A stretch of 38,233 bases of DNA from a virus (Duplodnaviria > Caudoviricetes). The position numbers were made by a program, and so were the translations under genes. The stretch lies in IMG/VR virus record IMGVR_UViG_3300020042_008980, positions 1-38,233 of that record; one strand, written 5' to 3'. The notes under the pieces are model-generated. The model saw nothing but the letters and a program-made list of their open reading frames with translations. It had not been told where the DNA came from and did not search any database. Below, piece by piece: positions 26,113 through 34,939 of this stretch. Within the stretch, counting starts at the first letter, position 1; every line of letters starts with the position of its first letter.

Positions 26113-28152
26113 ATGGGCTTTTTACAAAATCTTCTAGGCCAAGGTGAATCTGAGGGTGAGTGGTCTGAGCAGGACATGACTCCTGATGAAAAGAAACTCG
26201 CTGGCTACATTAAAAACAAAGTTGAAGAAGTAAGAAGCACCGGAGCGCGTATTTCTTCTGAGGGTATTTGGATGACTAACATCGCTTACCTTCTAGGCTA
26301 CGACTCTGTCTATTACGACAAAAAGGCCAACATGTATCGGCCCATTAACAATGCTCGCAATCTTAAGCGCAATAGAGTGCATGTTAATAAGATTCTACCT
26401 ACGGCACAGAATAGACTAGCTCGTCTGTGCAAAAACCCACCTAAATTCGACATTCGGCCTGAGAGTGGTACTCAAGAGGACAAAGACAAAGCACGAGAAA
26501 ACCTAGAGATACTACGTCAATTGTGGGATCAAGCTGGTGTTCAACTAAACAAAAAGCGTATTCCCTTGATTCAATGGACGCAGCAATGTGGCCATGCCTT
26601 TATTAAAGTATCTTGGGATGAAAACGAAGGCCAACCAATGAAAGACCCCATGACAGGCGAATTTCTTGGTTATGAAGGTGATATACGCGCTGACATTTGT
26701 AGCGCATTTGAAGTGTTTGTAGATCCACTAGCTAAATCAATCGAAGATGCTCAGTGGGTGGTGCAAGCCAAGGTTAGAAAACTAGATTACTTCTGCACTC
26801 ATTACCCCGAACGTGGGGGTGCGGTTAAAGAAGAGGGAGCATGGCTCCTATCTGTTCAATATGAACAAAGAATAAATAGCTTAAATAAGGCTCAAAGTGG
26901 TGGCACCGGAAGCAATGAGCAAATGAAGAATGCTGCTATCGAACTATCTTATTATGAAAAGAGAAGTCGAAAGCACCCCAATGGACGCCACGTAGTTGTA
27001 GCGAATGGGGTGCTACTTAAAGATGATGAATTAACCATCGGTGAGATACCATTTACTAAATTTGACGATATTATCATTGCAGGTAAATTCTACTCTGAAG
27101 CGGTTATTACTCACCTACGTCCTTTGCAGGATCAATTTAACCGCAACCTAACCCTACGCAGTGCGTGGGTTAATAGAATGCTACGAGGGAAGTATATCGC
27201 TGCCAAAGGGCATGGCATCTCTCAAGAGAGCATTAATGATGATGATACCGAAGTGGTGCAATACGATCCTGTGCCGGGGGCTCCTGAGCCTCGTGCAATG
27301 GATATTCCCACCATCCCTCAATACACTTACAAAGAAGAAGAAAGCCTTGATCTTTCTTTTGATAAAATCTCAGGTATTGGTGAAGTCTCTCAAGGACAAA
27401 TGCCAAGCGCATCTATTCCAGCTATCGGAATGCAGATACTTCAGGAACAAGATGAAACACGCATCGGTATTATGACCGAGTGGTCTGAGGATGGTTTCGC
27501 ACGTGTTGGTAAACAACTCCTGATGTTCGCACGTGCCATGTATAAGACACCACGCAAGCGAAAGATGGCCGGAAAGAATGGCGAGTATAACATCAAGGAC
27601 TTTATCGGGGATGATATTGGTGAAACGATAGACGTAACAGTTATTCGCGGTTCCACTAACCCAACATCTAAAGTTCTTCGTAGACAAGAGCTATTAAATC
27701 TCTATCAACAGGGCTTACTCGGGGATCCAAATGATTCTAAAGTACGTGACTCTTTGTTACAAAAACTTGAATACGGTGACATTGGTGAAGTCTGGTTAGA
27801 TCAAAGTCTAGACATGGCTCAAATCAAGAAAACCCTAGAAGAAATAGAACAGGGCATACCTCCTGAAGTAAGCGAATTTGATAACCACGAGTTACATTGC
27901 CAAGAAAAGAACCGTTATAGAAAATCAGATAAATTTGAATCACTTGGGCCTGAGCGCCAAGCTTTGTTGATTGCGGATATAGAGATGCACCTAGAATACA
28001 TCGTGCAAATATCCACCCCCCCTGGGGCCATTACTGCACCAAGTCCTGAGGAGGCCGTAGCAACAGACAACGCGATGGCCGAGCAAGCCGAAGATGGCAT
28101 GAACGCTATGAATTTGGCAGATGGCCCTATTGAACAAGTTCCCGAAGCATGA
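26113..28152 (+). CDS. Portal protein
   Basis: 679 aa; VNKILP, CGHAFIKVSWD, FEVFVDP, LRPLQDQFN, ISGIGEVSQG motifs typical of P22-like portals; synteny. Confidence 0.85.
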   Translation: MGFLQNLLGQGESEGEWSEQDMTPDEKKLAGYIKNKVEEVRSTGARISSEGIWMTNIAYLLGYDSVYYDKKANMYRPINNARNLKRNRVHVNKILPTAQNRLARLCKNPPKFDIRPESGTQEDKDKARENLEILRQLWDQAGVQLNKKRIPLIQWTQQCGHAFIKVSWDENEGQPMKDPMTGEFLGYEGDIRADICSAFEVFVDPLAKSIEDAQWVVQAKVRKLDYFCTHYPERGGAVKEEGAWLLSVQYEQRINSLNKAQSGGTGSNEQMKNAAIELSYYEKRSRKHPNGRHVVVANGVLLKDDELTIGEIPFTKFDDIIIAGKFYSEAVITHLRPLQDQFNRNLTLRSAWVNRMLRGKYIAAKGHGISQESINDDDTEVVQYDPVPGAPEPRAMDIPTIPQYTYKEEESLDLSFDKISGIGEVSQGQMPSASIPAIGMQILQEQDETRIGIMTEWSEDGFARVGKQLLMFARAMYKTPRKRKMAGKNGEYNIKDFIGDDIGETIDVTVIRGSTNPTSKVLRRQELLNLYQQGLLGDPNDSKVRDSLLQKLEYGDIGEVWLDQSLDMAQIKKTLEEIEQGIPPEVSEFDNHELHCQEKNRYRKSDKFESLGPERQALLIADIEMHLEYIVQISTPPGAITAPSPEEAVATDNAMAEQAEDGMNAMNLADGPIEQVPEA

Positions 28153-28210
28153 AAATATTAGTTAAGATAATATAGTTTATATTATTTACTATGAGGGGTT
28201 TTGTATTAAC

Positions 28211-28546
28211 ATGGATTCGATGAAGGACGCTTTTTCAGAAGCACTTAAACGACGCAAATCAAAAGGCTTATCCGAGCCTGGGTATAAAGAAGATGAAGAA
28301 AAAGCTAAAAAGCAGGACTTAGCTCCTGAAGTTAGAGACGCTAGACCGCCTGACGCAAAGATTGAACTTAATCTAAATCTGATGCCACCTGAAATGGGTG
28401 ACGCTGCAATGGGTATGGGAAGTGAAGAACCCGAAGATATGTCTAGCTTTGTAGATGAAAAGGAAGCTGCAGCATTACAGAGACAAGGGAAGCCTAAAAG
28501 CCTTCTTCAAAGAGCCCAAATGGCATTCATGGATAAGAAAAAATAA
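28211..28546 (+). CDS. Hypothetical head-module protein
   Basis: Charged, disordered-looking protein between portal and scaffold. Confidence 0.65.
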   Translation: MDSMKDAFSEALKRRKSKGLSEPGYKEDEEKAKKQDLAPEVRDARPPDAKIELNLNLMPPEMGDAAMGMGSEEPEDMSSFVDEKEAAALQRQGKPKSLLQRAQMAFMDKKK

Positions 28547-28565
28547 ATAACTAAAGGACGCGCAA

Positions 28566-29417
28566 ATGAATTTAGAAAATACAGAACATGACCCACAAGA
28601 AAACACTGAAAATACCGAAGATGTAAATATACGTGATGACGATAATCAGGAGCAAGCAACCGATAACGACTCAATGGAAGCCGTTGCGGACTTATCCAAG
28701 TTTTCACGTTTTAAATTAGGTGAAGAAGAATTAACACCAGACCAACTCCGCAAGGAGCGTATGTTGCATTCCGACTACACCAAAAAAACTCAAGAGATTG
28801 CCCAAGAGCGACGTTATGTCTCTAACTTGCAAGCAGACCTTGAAAAAATATCAAGAAACCCTGCACTAGCTGAAGAATTTCGTAGAGTTTATCCAAGGCA
28901 GTTTCACAACTACTTGAATTTTGTTCTACGTGAAACAAATGCTAGCCAGCAAACTAACCGTAGTATGGTTCCTAATAGCCAAGCTAATATACTTGACCCT
29001 AGAGTCGAAAAGGCTCTCTCAACAATCGAAAGACTTGAGAAAGAGCGTGAAGAAGATTTAGTAAACCAGCGAGTGACTGAGATTGACTCAGCATTTTCTA
29101 AGTTTAGTTCCAAGTATCCCCTCGCAACTCCTAACGGCTACGAAGGCTTAGTGCTTTCTAAGGCTCAAAGAGTAATTGAGAGCGGTGATAAAATGGATGA
29201 CTCCAAATGGGAAAAAATCTTTAAAGAATCTGAGCAACATTTTAGCAAAGCTTACGAATCCCACTACAAAACTAGAATTAATAACCAAAAAGCTGCGCAC
29301 ATTAAAGGCAAGGACATTGGAAGTGGTGGAGGTGTACCCGGAGGTGCTCCTCAAATGCCACGTACAATTAAAGAAGCTGCTAGAATAGCTGAAGAAGAAC
29401 TAACTCGCAGACCCTAG
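28566..29417 (+). CDS. Capsid scaffolding protein
   Basis: Acidic N-terminus, DYTKKTQEIA motif, coiled coil; directly before the capsid gene. Confidence 0.75.
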   Translation: MNLENTEHDPQENTENTEDVNIRDDDNQEQATDNDSMEAVADLSKFSRFKLGEEELTPDQLRKERMLHSDYTKKTQEIAQERRYVSNLQADLEKISRNPALAEEFRRVYPRQFHNYLNFVLRETNASQQTNRSMVPNSQANILDPRVEKALSTIERLEKEREEDLVNQRVTEIDSAFSKFSSKYPLATPNGYEGLVLSKAQRVIESGDKMDDSKWEKIFKESEQHFSKAYESHYKTRINNQKAAHIKGKDIGSGGGVPGGAPQMPRTIKEAARIAEEELTRRP

Positions 29418-29455
29418 CCCTATGCGTAGCCTTAATATGAAAGGTGTGCATTTTT

Positions 29456-30664
29456 ATGGCAAACAGTTTTCAAAGTATTAGCTCAGGCTTAGCCGAGTTA
29501 AAAAATTACTATCAAGGCCCTATCATTTCTCAATTTAACGATGAAGTTCCTATTTACCGAGCATCAGAAAAGATCAAAAAAGGCTGGTCTGGAGCACAAG
29601 TAAATAGACCCCTCAAAGTTAGACGTAACCAAGGTATTGGAGCTACCAGCGATGGTGGAGCATTACCTTCAATTGGTACTCAAACTACCATCCAAGCGGT
29701 TATCCAAGCTAAGTACAACTATCTTCGCTTCGGTATCACTGGCCCTATGATCAAAGCGTCACAATCTGACGTTGGATCATTTGTTCGCAGTGGTGCTTAT
29801 GAGCTCGAAGAAGGTTACAAAGACTTAAAGTCCGACGTAAACCGTCAACTTTCTTGGAACGGCAGTGGATTTCTAGCTACAGTTAGTGCGAACGCTGTTG
29901 CTTCTAACGTCATTACTGTTACAGGTCGCGAATCTACAGAAAACGGCAGCAAGTTTCTTGATGTTGGTATGATGATCGACATTGTTACTAGCTCTAGCGT
30001 TTTGGTAGCAAGCCAAGTTCAAATCACTGCAATGAGTGGAACTACTACTGCTACTTTGACTTTGAGCGCACCTGTTACCGTTAGTTCTACTAACAAAGTT
30101 ATCCGCTCAGGATCAAACGGCTACGAAATTCAAGGCCTTTTGACTCAATTGGATGGCCTTACCACTACAGTTTTTAGCATTGACCGAGCTACATATCAGT
30201 CAACTCGCGGAAACGTAGTCGATAACGGTGGAAACCAACTCACCCTCGATGTAATGCAACAAGCATTCAACGCAGGTATTGAGCGTGGCGGTGCTAAGTA
30301 TTCTGCATGTTGGAGTGATTTCACATCACTTCGTTACTACCAGAAGCTTCTTACTCCCGATAAGCGTTTCAATAACACTGTAAAAGGTGATGGCGGTTTC
30401 GCGAACAAAGATCAATTCTATTTGGATTTTAACGGCTTGCCTATGGTAGCTGATAAAGACTGTCCTACTAGAATTTTCTTCCTTCCCGAAGATGCGTTGA
30501 AGTCTTACGTATTAAGTGAGATGGAATTTGCGGACGAAACAGGCTCTATGTACATCGTACAAAGCGGTGTAGATGCGTTTGAATCTCGTTTGCGTTTCTT
30601 CACTAACCTTTTCAATGAGAAGGCTTCTGCCTCTGCAGTAATCGAAGATTACATCAGTCCTTAA
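29456..30664 (+). CDS. Major capsid protein
   Basis: About 400 aa after the scaffold; LKNYYQGPI, W.G.G.LA, IQGL, IDRATY patterns consistent with an HK97-fold coat protein. Confidence 0.8.
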   Translation: MANSFQSISSGLAELKNYYQGPIISQFNDEVPIYRASEKIKKGWSGAQVNRPLKVRRNQGIGATSDGGALPSIGTQTTIQAVIQAKYNYLRFGITGPMIKASQSDVGSFVRSGAYELEEGYKDLKSDVNRQLSWNGSGFLATVSANAVASNVITVTGRESTENGSKFLDVGMMIDIVTSSSVLVASQVQITAMSGTTTATLTLSAPVTVSSTNKVIRSGSNGYEIQGLLTQLDGLTTTVFSIDRATYQSTRGNVVDNGGNQLTLDVMQQAFNAGIERGGAKYSACWSDFTSLRYYQKLLTPDKRFNNTVKGDGGFANKDQFYLDFNGLPMVADKDCPTRIFFLPEDALKSYVLSEMEFADETGSMYIVQSGVDAFESRLRFFTNLFNEKASASAVIEDYISP

Positions 30665-30674
30665 GGTAAAGAAC

Positions 30675-31139
30675 ATGGGTGAAGATTCAAGAACCAAACT
30701 TTTAACTCAGTATTTAAAGGAGCTAGATCCTAAGCTATTCGCTAAACGCGAAGGTGAAATGATCGTGGTTTATCGTGACTCCAACCGTATGGAGCATTTT
30801 GAATATGAAGGTCAGAAGTATGGATATGTGAAAACTTCACCCATTTATATCTTAGCACTGACAGATAACTGGACATCAAAAGGCCGTCCTGTGGAATGGG
30901 GCATAGAGCCCCTAATGCGTAAGATGCGAGCAATCGATAGTTGGAACCAAGGGTTTACAGCGGACGATTTGATTCAGTCTTACGAAGCACGAGACGCATC
31001 CAACGCTAGAGATAGAATAAATGGTCACGAGGCATGGCTTCGGGATAATCGTTCTATGTTTAAGAAAGCCTTTAACGATATAAATACATCTAATTTAGAT
31101 GTTAAACAAAGAGAGAGAGATTTATATGGCAATTTGTAA
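30675..31139 (+). CDS. Hypothetical protein
   Basis: AAGG SD; follows the capsid gene. Confidence 0.65.
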   Translation: MGEDSRTKLLTQYLKELDPKLFAKREGEMIVVYRDSNRMEHFEYEGQKYGYVKTSPIYILALTDNWTSKGRPVEWGIEPLMRKMRAIDSWNQGFTADDLIQSYEARDASNARDRINGHEAWLRDNRSMFKKAFNDINTSNLDVKQRERDLYGNL

Positions 31140-31566
31140 CAGAGACCAAGACGTATCAGAACAGCTAAAAGTATATAGCGCAGTAATCCCAACTACCGCA
31201 GTAGGATCAAGTTCACTTGTACCTATGGCATACATGCCCTACCAAGGAACTATCCGTGGATTTAACATCGCAGCACAAGGTGTGTCTGGTGCGGTTGTTG
31301 GATCGCTTGCGATTCATAGATTTGTAGCCGGAGCCGGAATGACAGCGATTATCGTAGCAGGTGCTTCACTAGCACTTGTAAACGTAGGAACCAGTGGGCC
31401 ACAAGCTTTCACTATTCCTGCCGCTAGTTCCACACTTGCACAAGTTCTACAAGGTGACGTAGTTTCCTTGGTTCTTGTAGGTGGTAACAACATGCTTCAA
31501 TCACAAGCTTGCTTGGTGGTTAAAGCGTTGCAGGACATCGTGTCCCCACTTGGCCTAACATCATAA
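31126..31566 (+). CDS. Putative capsid decoration / small structural protein
   Basis: Beta-rich, Ala/Val/Gly-rich, 146 aa. Confidence 0.5.
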   Translation: MAICNRDQDVSEQLKVYSAVIPTTAVGSSSLVPMAYMPYQGTIRGFNIAAQGVSGAVVGSLAIHRFVAGAGMTAIIVAGASLALVNVGTSGPQAFTIPAASSTLAQVLQGDVVSLVLVGGNNMLQSQACLVVKALQDIVSPLGLTS

Positions 31567-31575
31567 TCACGCTTT

Positions 31576-31634
31576 GAACTAGGAGCGTCCCTAGTTCCTT
31601 CTAGGGGGGGTTACATTAAAGTAGCTCTCTCTAG
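31576..31634 (+). other. Tandem RNA hairpins
   Basis: GAACTAGG/CCTAGTTC (8 bp), then CTAGGGGGGGTTAC/GTAGCTCTCTCTAG (14 bp with four G-U pairs). Confidence 0.65.
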
Positions 31635-31657
31635 TCGTATATATGGAGGTTAGTTAA

Positions 31658-34378
31658 ATGTCAGAAGGTTTATTTTTTCCACAACAGGTGGGTGGGGATT
31701 CAGATGGTAATTCAGATTATGTAGAAGATACATTTGATGATTATACGTTACCTGCCACCAATAATTCTGGCTTAACTTCCACTTCAGCTACTAATCCAAT
31801 GTCTAATTTTTACGGAAATGATTTGTCCGTAAAGTATTCTTTTAAAACACTTTGGATTAAAGACATTGAATTATTACCTCAAGATAAATGGATTAAAAGA
31901 GCACCTACATACAAAGTTATTTTTACTGAAAATTTCCCAGGCGTAGACTGTTATGTTTCAGGCGAGGTTAATATTTCCACTGAAATAAATGGAAAATATC
32001 TTAATTTAAAAGAAGGAGGTTACTTTGGGGTGAGTGGAAACCTACGAAAAGCTTCTTTTCTTGTACGTCCCCTAACGGACGAAGTTACCATATCCACCCT
32101 ATTTTACAGTATAGACGGTGCTGCTCCCACAAGCATAAATTATGGCGGCATTGCTAACGAAACAACCACTTTTGGATCTGCCGTTCAAAATAGAACTACA
32201 TTACAACATAAATTTTATCCTATAGATGATGGCGCTGCCGTTCAAACAGATAATATTCACGACTTTAGAATCACAAATAACGACAATTATGTCGATATAT
32301 ACGGCATAGTTGTTTGTGTTGGCGTAAGCCCTCAGGGGGTGGGAGTAAAGGCAGGGAGTTTATTTGTCGATAAGTCTCTTGTTTCTATTGCTTCAGGTGC
32401 TTCAATTGCGCTTCCAGCTCAAAATGCTTCTTTATTTCATCTAGGAGCTAAAACTACTCTTTTTGAAAATGCTTCAGGTGTATTAGGTGCGACTACATTT
32501 GCCGTTCAAATGCTTCAGACACAAGCTACAGGATTAAGTGGTACAAATTCTATTGCCGTTAGTGCTGGCTCAGGTGCAAGTTTTCCAATCGGTACAGGGT
32601 TTAATATTCAAGTAGGTGCCACAAACTACTTAGGTTTAGTACAGGCACAATCTACCGATGCACTAACTGTTTCACCTACTTTAACTTTTGAATTATCAGG
32701 CGCTACAATGACAAAGGCATTCTTTGTGCCTCAACCTGCTACAAGTGACCCTAGATTATTCGCAGGATTTAGCGCTGCTCTTTATGAGTTAGCTTATTCT
32801 TGGGATCCGGTTTCTACTTATGGAGCATCTAATTTTAATGGTGCAAGTACTAGGTGGGCTCAAAATGGGCCAACTATACCACTTGGAATATCTATCACAC
32901 CCTATAGAGCGTACTATGATCCAGAAAATAGGTTTGCAATATTACCTATTTCCGGCCTTTCTAGCGCTCAAGGTAGAATACTGCCTGTAAGGGACGAGTG
33001 GAACACTGTCGGATGGGCAGGGCCATTGGCCATTAAAGGAGATTTCCAAGCCCTTTCTATTGAGTTTTTAACTTATGCTTCTGGTGTTCCAATATGGTCT
33101 ACCCGAAGCACTATTGATGGTGTTACCACTTACATGAATGCTTCTTTAAATGTTTCAAATACTGAGAGTGGAACACTAGGAATTAAATTTGCACTAAACG
33201 CAGTACAGGATTTAGGTATAGGTAGTCACACATATAAATTTATTCCTAGCTTGTGGGCAGGTTATACAACTTGCCCGATTATTACTAAAATTAATTTCTA
33301 TAAATACAAAGGTGTTTCAATTGCAGGTCAGTTAAGTTCTATTGAACAGTATCAGACGCAATACAACTTAGGTTCTATCACTGATACCCCACTTGGATCA
33401 TACAGGTTTTATGGCGCTGACAAGATTGGTTATTCTGGAACTTGGTCACAGAGAACCGATGTTTTATCTGAGACATTATCCGCATACCCCGGCTTTGCTA
33501 GCTGTCAGACAGCATCAGGCAGTGCAAATTTTAAATTTTGGGGCAAGGATTTTGTGTTGTTTACCGAAAGTAGCGGTGGCTCTTATTCTGTTACTTTAGA
33601 TGGTGGTGCAGTTACACCCACTAGCGGTCAAATTTACTCCGTTGCTACAGAAATGATTCATAACATTATTCTAACAAGAGAATCGGGGTCATTTGCAATT
33701 CAAGGGATTGCCGTTTTAAAGCAATATAGCGAGCCCAAAAACTTACAAGGATTTACAGGCACTAACTTTGATTACTCAGGAGCTAAACTAGAAGATAAAT
33801 CAGTTAGTGTAATGAAGTCTAAAGCTAGACCATTAAAGCACTATGCAAATATTGGGGAGATAGCCACAAGCGTAGCTTTTATAGATACCTCTATATCTGC
33901 GACTATACTTTGGTCGCAAATAACAACCGCTACAGATGACACATTCACTAGACCTACAAGCGTTAAAATTAAAACTTCAGGCAATCCTGTACGTGTTGGA
34001 TTTAATTCTTTTGGGTGCGGTGAGAGTGGCTTTTTAGGAACTACCCTACCAATGATTGAACTATCAGGCAGTGCTACTCAAGGCATTTATGGTAATTTGG
34101 TTTTAGCTAGAGTTCCAAGGGGTGACGGTAACTACACGGTTCCTTATGATAATGGTGTGGGGACTTCTACATGGATACCTGTAGGAGCTCAAACTTACGG
34201 TGCAAAAGTACAAACAACCGTATTCCTACAAACATTTAGATACCCTTCAGAATCCTTTAGCTTTATAGATTTTCCACCTGCCGGAGATTGGCAGTATAGG
34301 GTTTATGGGCAGGTCAGTGGATTAAGCACACTTTTAACAGTTACAAATACTAAATTATTCGCAATGGAGATGTTCTAA
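31658..34378 (+). CDS. Large beta-rich virion protein (fibre/spike/adhesin-like)
   Basis: 906 aa, Ser/Thr/Gly-rich; GGAGG SD; segments such as IGYSGTW...ANFKFWGK...YSVTLDG resemble jelly-roll carbohydrate-binding modules. Confidence 0.6.
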   Translation: MSEGLFFPQQVGGDSDGNSDYVEDTFDDYTLPATNNSGLTSTSATNPMSNFYGNDLSVKYSFKTLWIKDIELLPQDKWIKRAPTYKVIFTENFPGVDCYVSGEVNISTEINGKYLNLKEGGYFGVSGNLRKASFLVRPLTDEVTISTLFYSIDGAAPTSINYGGIANETTTFGSAVQNRTTLQHKFYPIDDGAAVQTDNIHDFRITNNDNYVDIYGIVVCVGVSPQGVGVKAGSLFVDKSLVSIASGASIALPAQNASLFHLGAKTTLFENASGVLGATTFAVQMLQTQATGLSGTNSIAVSAGSGASFPIGTGFNIQVGATNYLGLVQAQSTDALTVSPTLTFELSGATMTKAFFVPQPATSDPRLFAGFSAALYELAYSWDPVSTYGASNFNGASTRWAQNGPTIPLGISITPYRAYYDPENRFAILPISGLSSAQGRILPVRDEWNTVGWAGPLAIKGDFQALSIEFLTYASGVPIWSTRSTIDGVTTYMNASLNVSNTESGTLGIKFALNAVQDLGIGSHTYKFIPSLWAGYTTCPIITKINFYKYKGVSIAGQLSSIEQYQTQYNLGSITDTPLGSYRFYGADKIGYSGTWSQRTDVLSETLSAYPGFASCQTASGSANFKFWGKDFVLFTESSGGSYSVTLDGGAVTPTSGQIYSVATEMIHNIILTRESGSFAIQGIAVLKQYSEPKNLQGFTGTNFDYSGAKLEDKSVSVMKSKARPLKHYANIGEIATSVAFIDTSISATILWSQITTATDDTFTRPTSVKIKTSGNPVRVGFNSFGCGESGFLGTTLPMIELSGSATQGIYGNLVLARVPRGDGNYTVPYDNGVGTSTWIPVGAQTYGAKVQTTVFLQTFRYPSESFSFIDFPPAGDWQYRVYGQVSGLSTLLTVTNTKLFAMEMF

Positions 34379-34379
34379 A

Positions 34380-34871
34380 ATGGCAAAAACATATTGGTTA
34401 AAAGTAGGTGACTCTTCAATACCTCCCTCTACATATACAGGACTTAGCCCCACTATGTCTGTTTTTGTGAACGTAGGTGGAAGCACTGTCACTGGTGTTA
34501 CTATCTCAGAACTTCCTAGTGGAAGTGGGGTGTATCAGTTTAGCTATGGCCCCACTGTAGGGATGTTTTTTAGCGTTGATTGGGGTGGAAGTGTACCAGC
34601 TTCTTATCGGTATACGGTGGGTAATTTAGATCCTATTCAGGCCGTTGACGAAAGAGTCGGTGGCATACTTGCTAACAATGATTCTTTTGGAACTACGGCA
34701 ATCGACCCTAGCACTGTCATTGGCTTTGTTAAGAGATTACAGGAGCTATTAGAGGGTAATGCAATCTATACGAAAGCTACTGGCACATGGCAGATACTTT
34801 CTCGTGGATCTAGTACGTTATTACGTGAAAAGACATTAACGAATGATGTCACAGAAGCTACAAAAGACTAA
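34380..34871 (+). CDS. Hypothetical virion protein
   Basis: TGLSPT...ISEL..GSGVYQF motif; GGAG SD. Confidence 0.6.
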   Translation: MAKTYWLKVGDSSIPPSTYTGLSPTMSVFVNVGGSTVTGVTISELPSGSGVYQFSYGPTVGMFFSVDWGGSVPASYRYTVGNLDPIQAVDERVGGILANNDSFGTTAIDPSTVIGFVKRLQELLEGNAIYTKATGTWQILSRGSSTLLREKTLTNDVTEATKD

Positions 34872-34872
34872 A

Positions 34873-34915
34873 TAATATAAATCGTAATTGATTTTATACG
34901 CATAAAACATAATAT
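34873..34915 (+). promoter_or_regulatory. Putative late promoter, near-duplicate of 19937-19979
   Basis: TAATATAAA...TTGATT-ttatacgcataaaaca-TAATAT. Confidence 0.55.
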
Positions 34916-34939
34916 TGTTCTTTGAGGAGACGCGACTCA

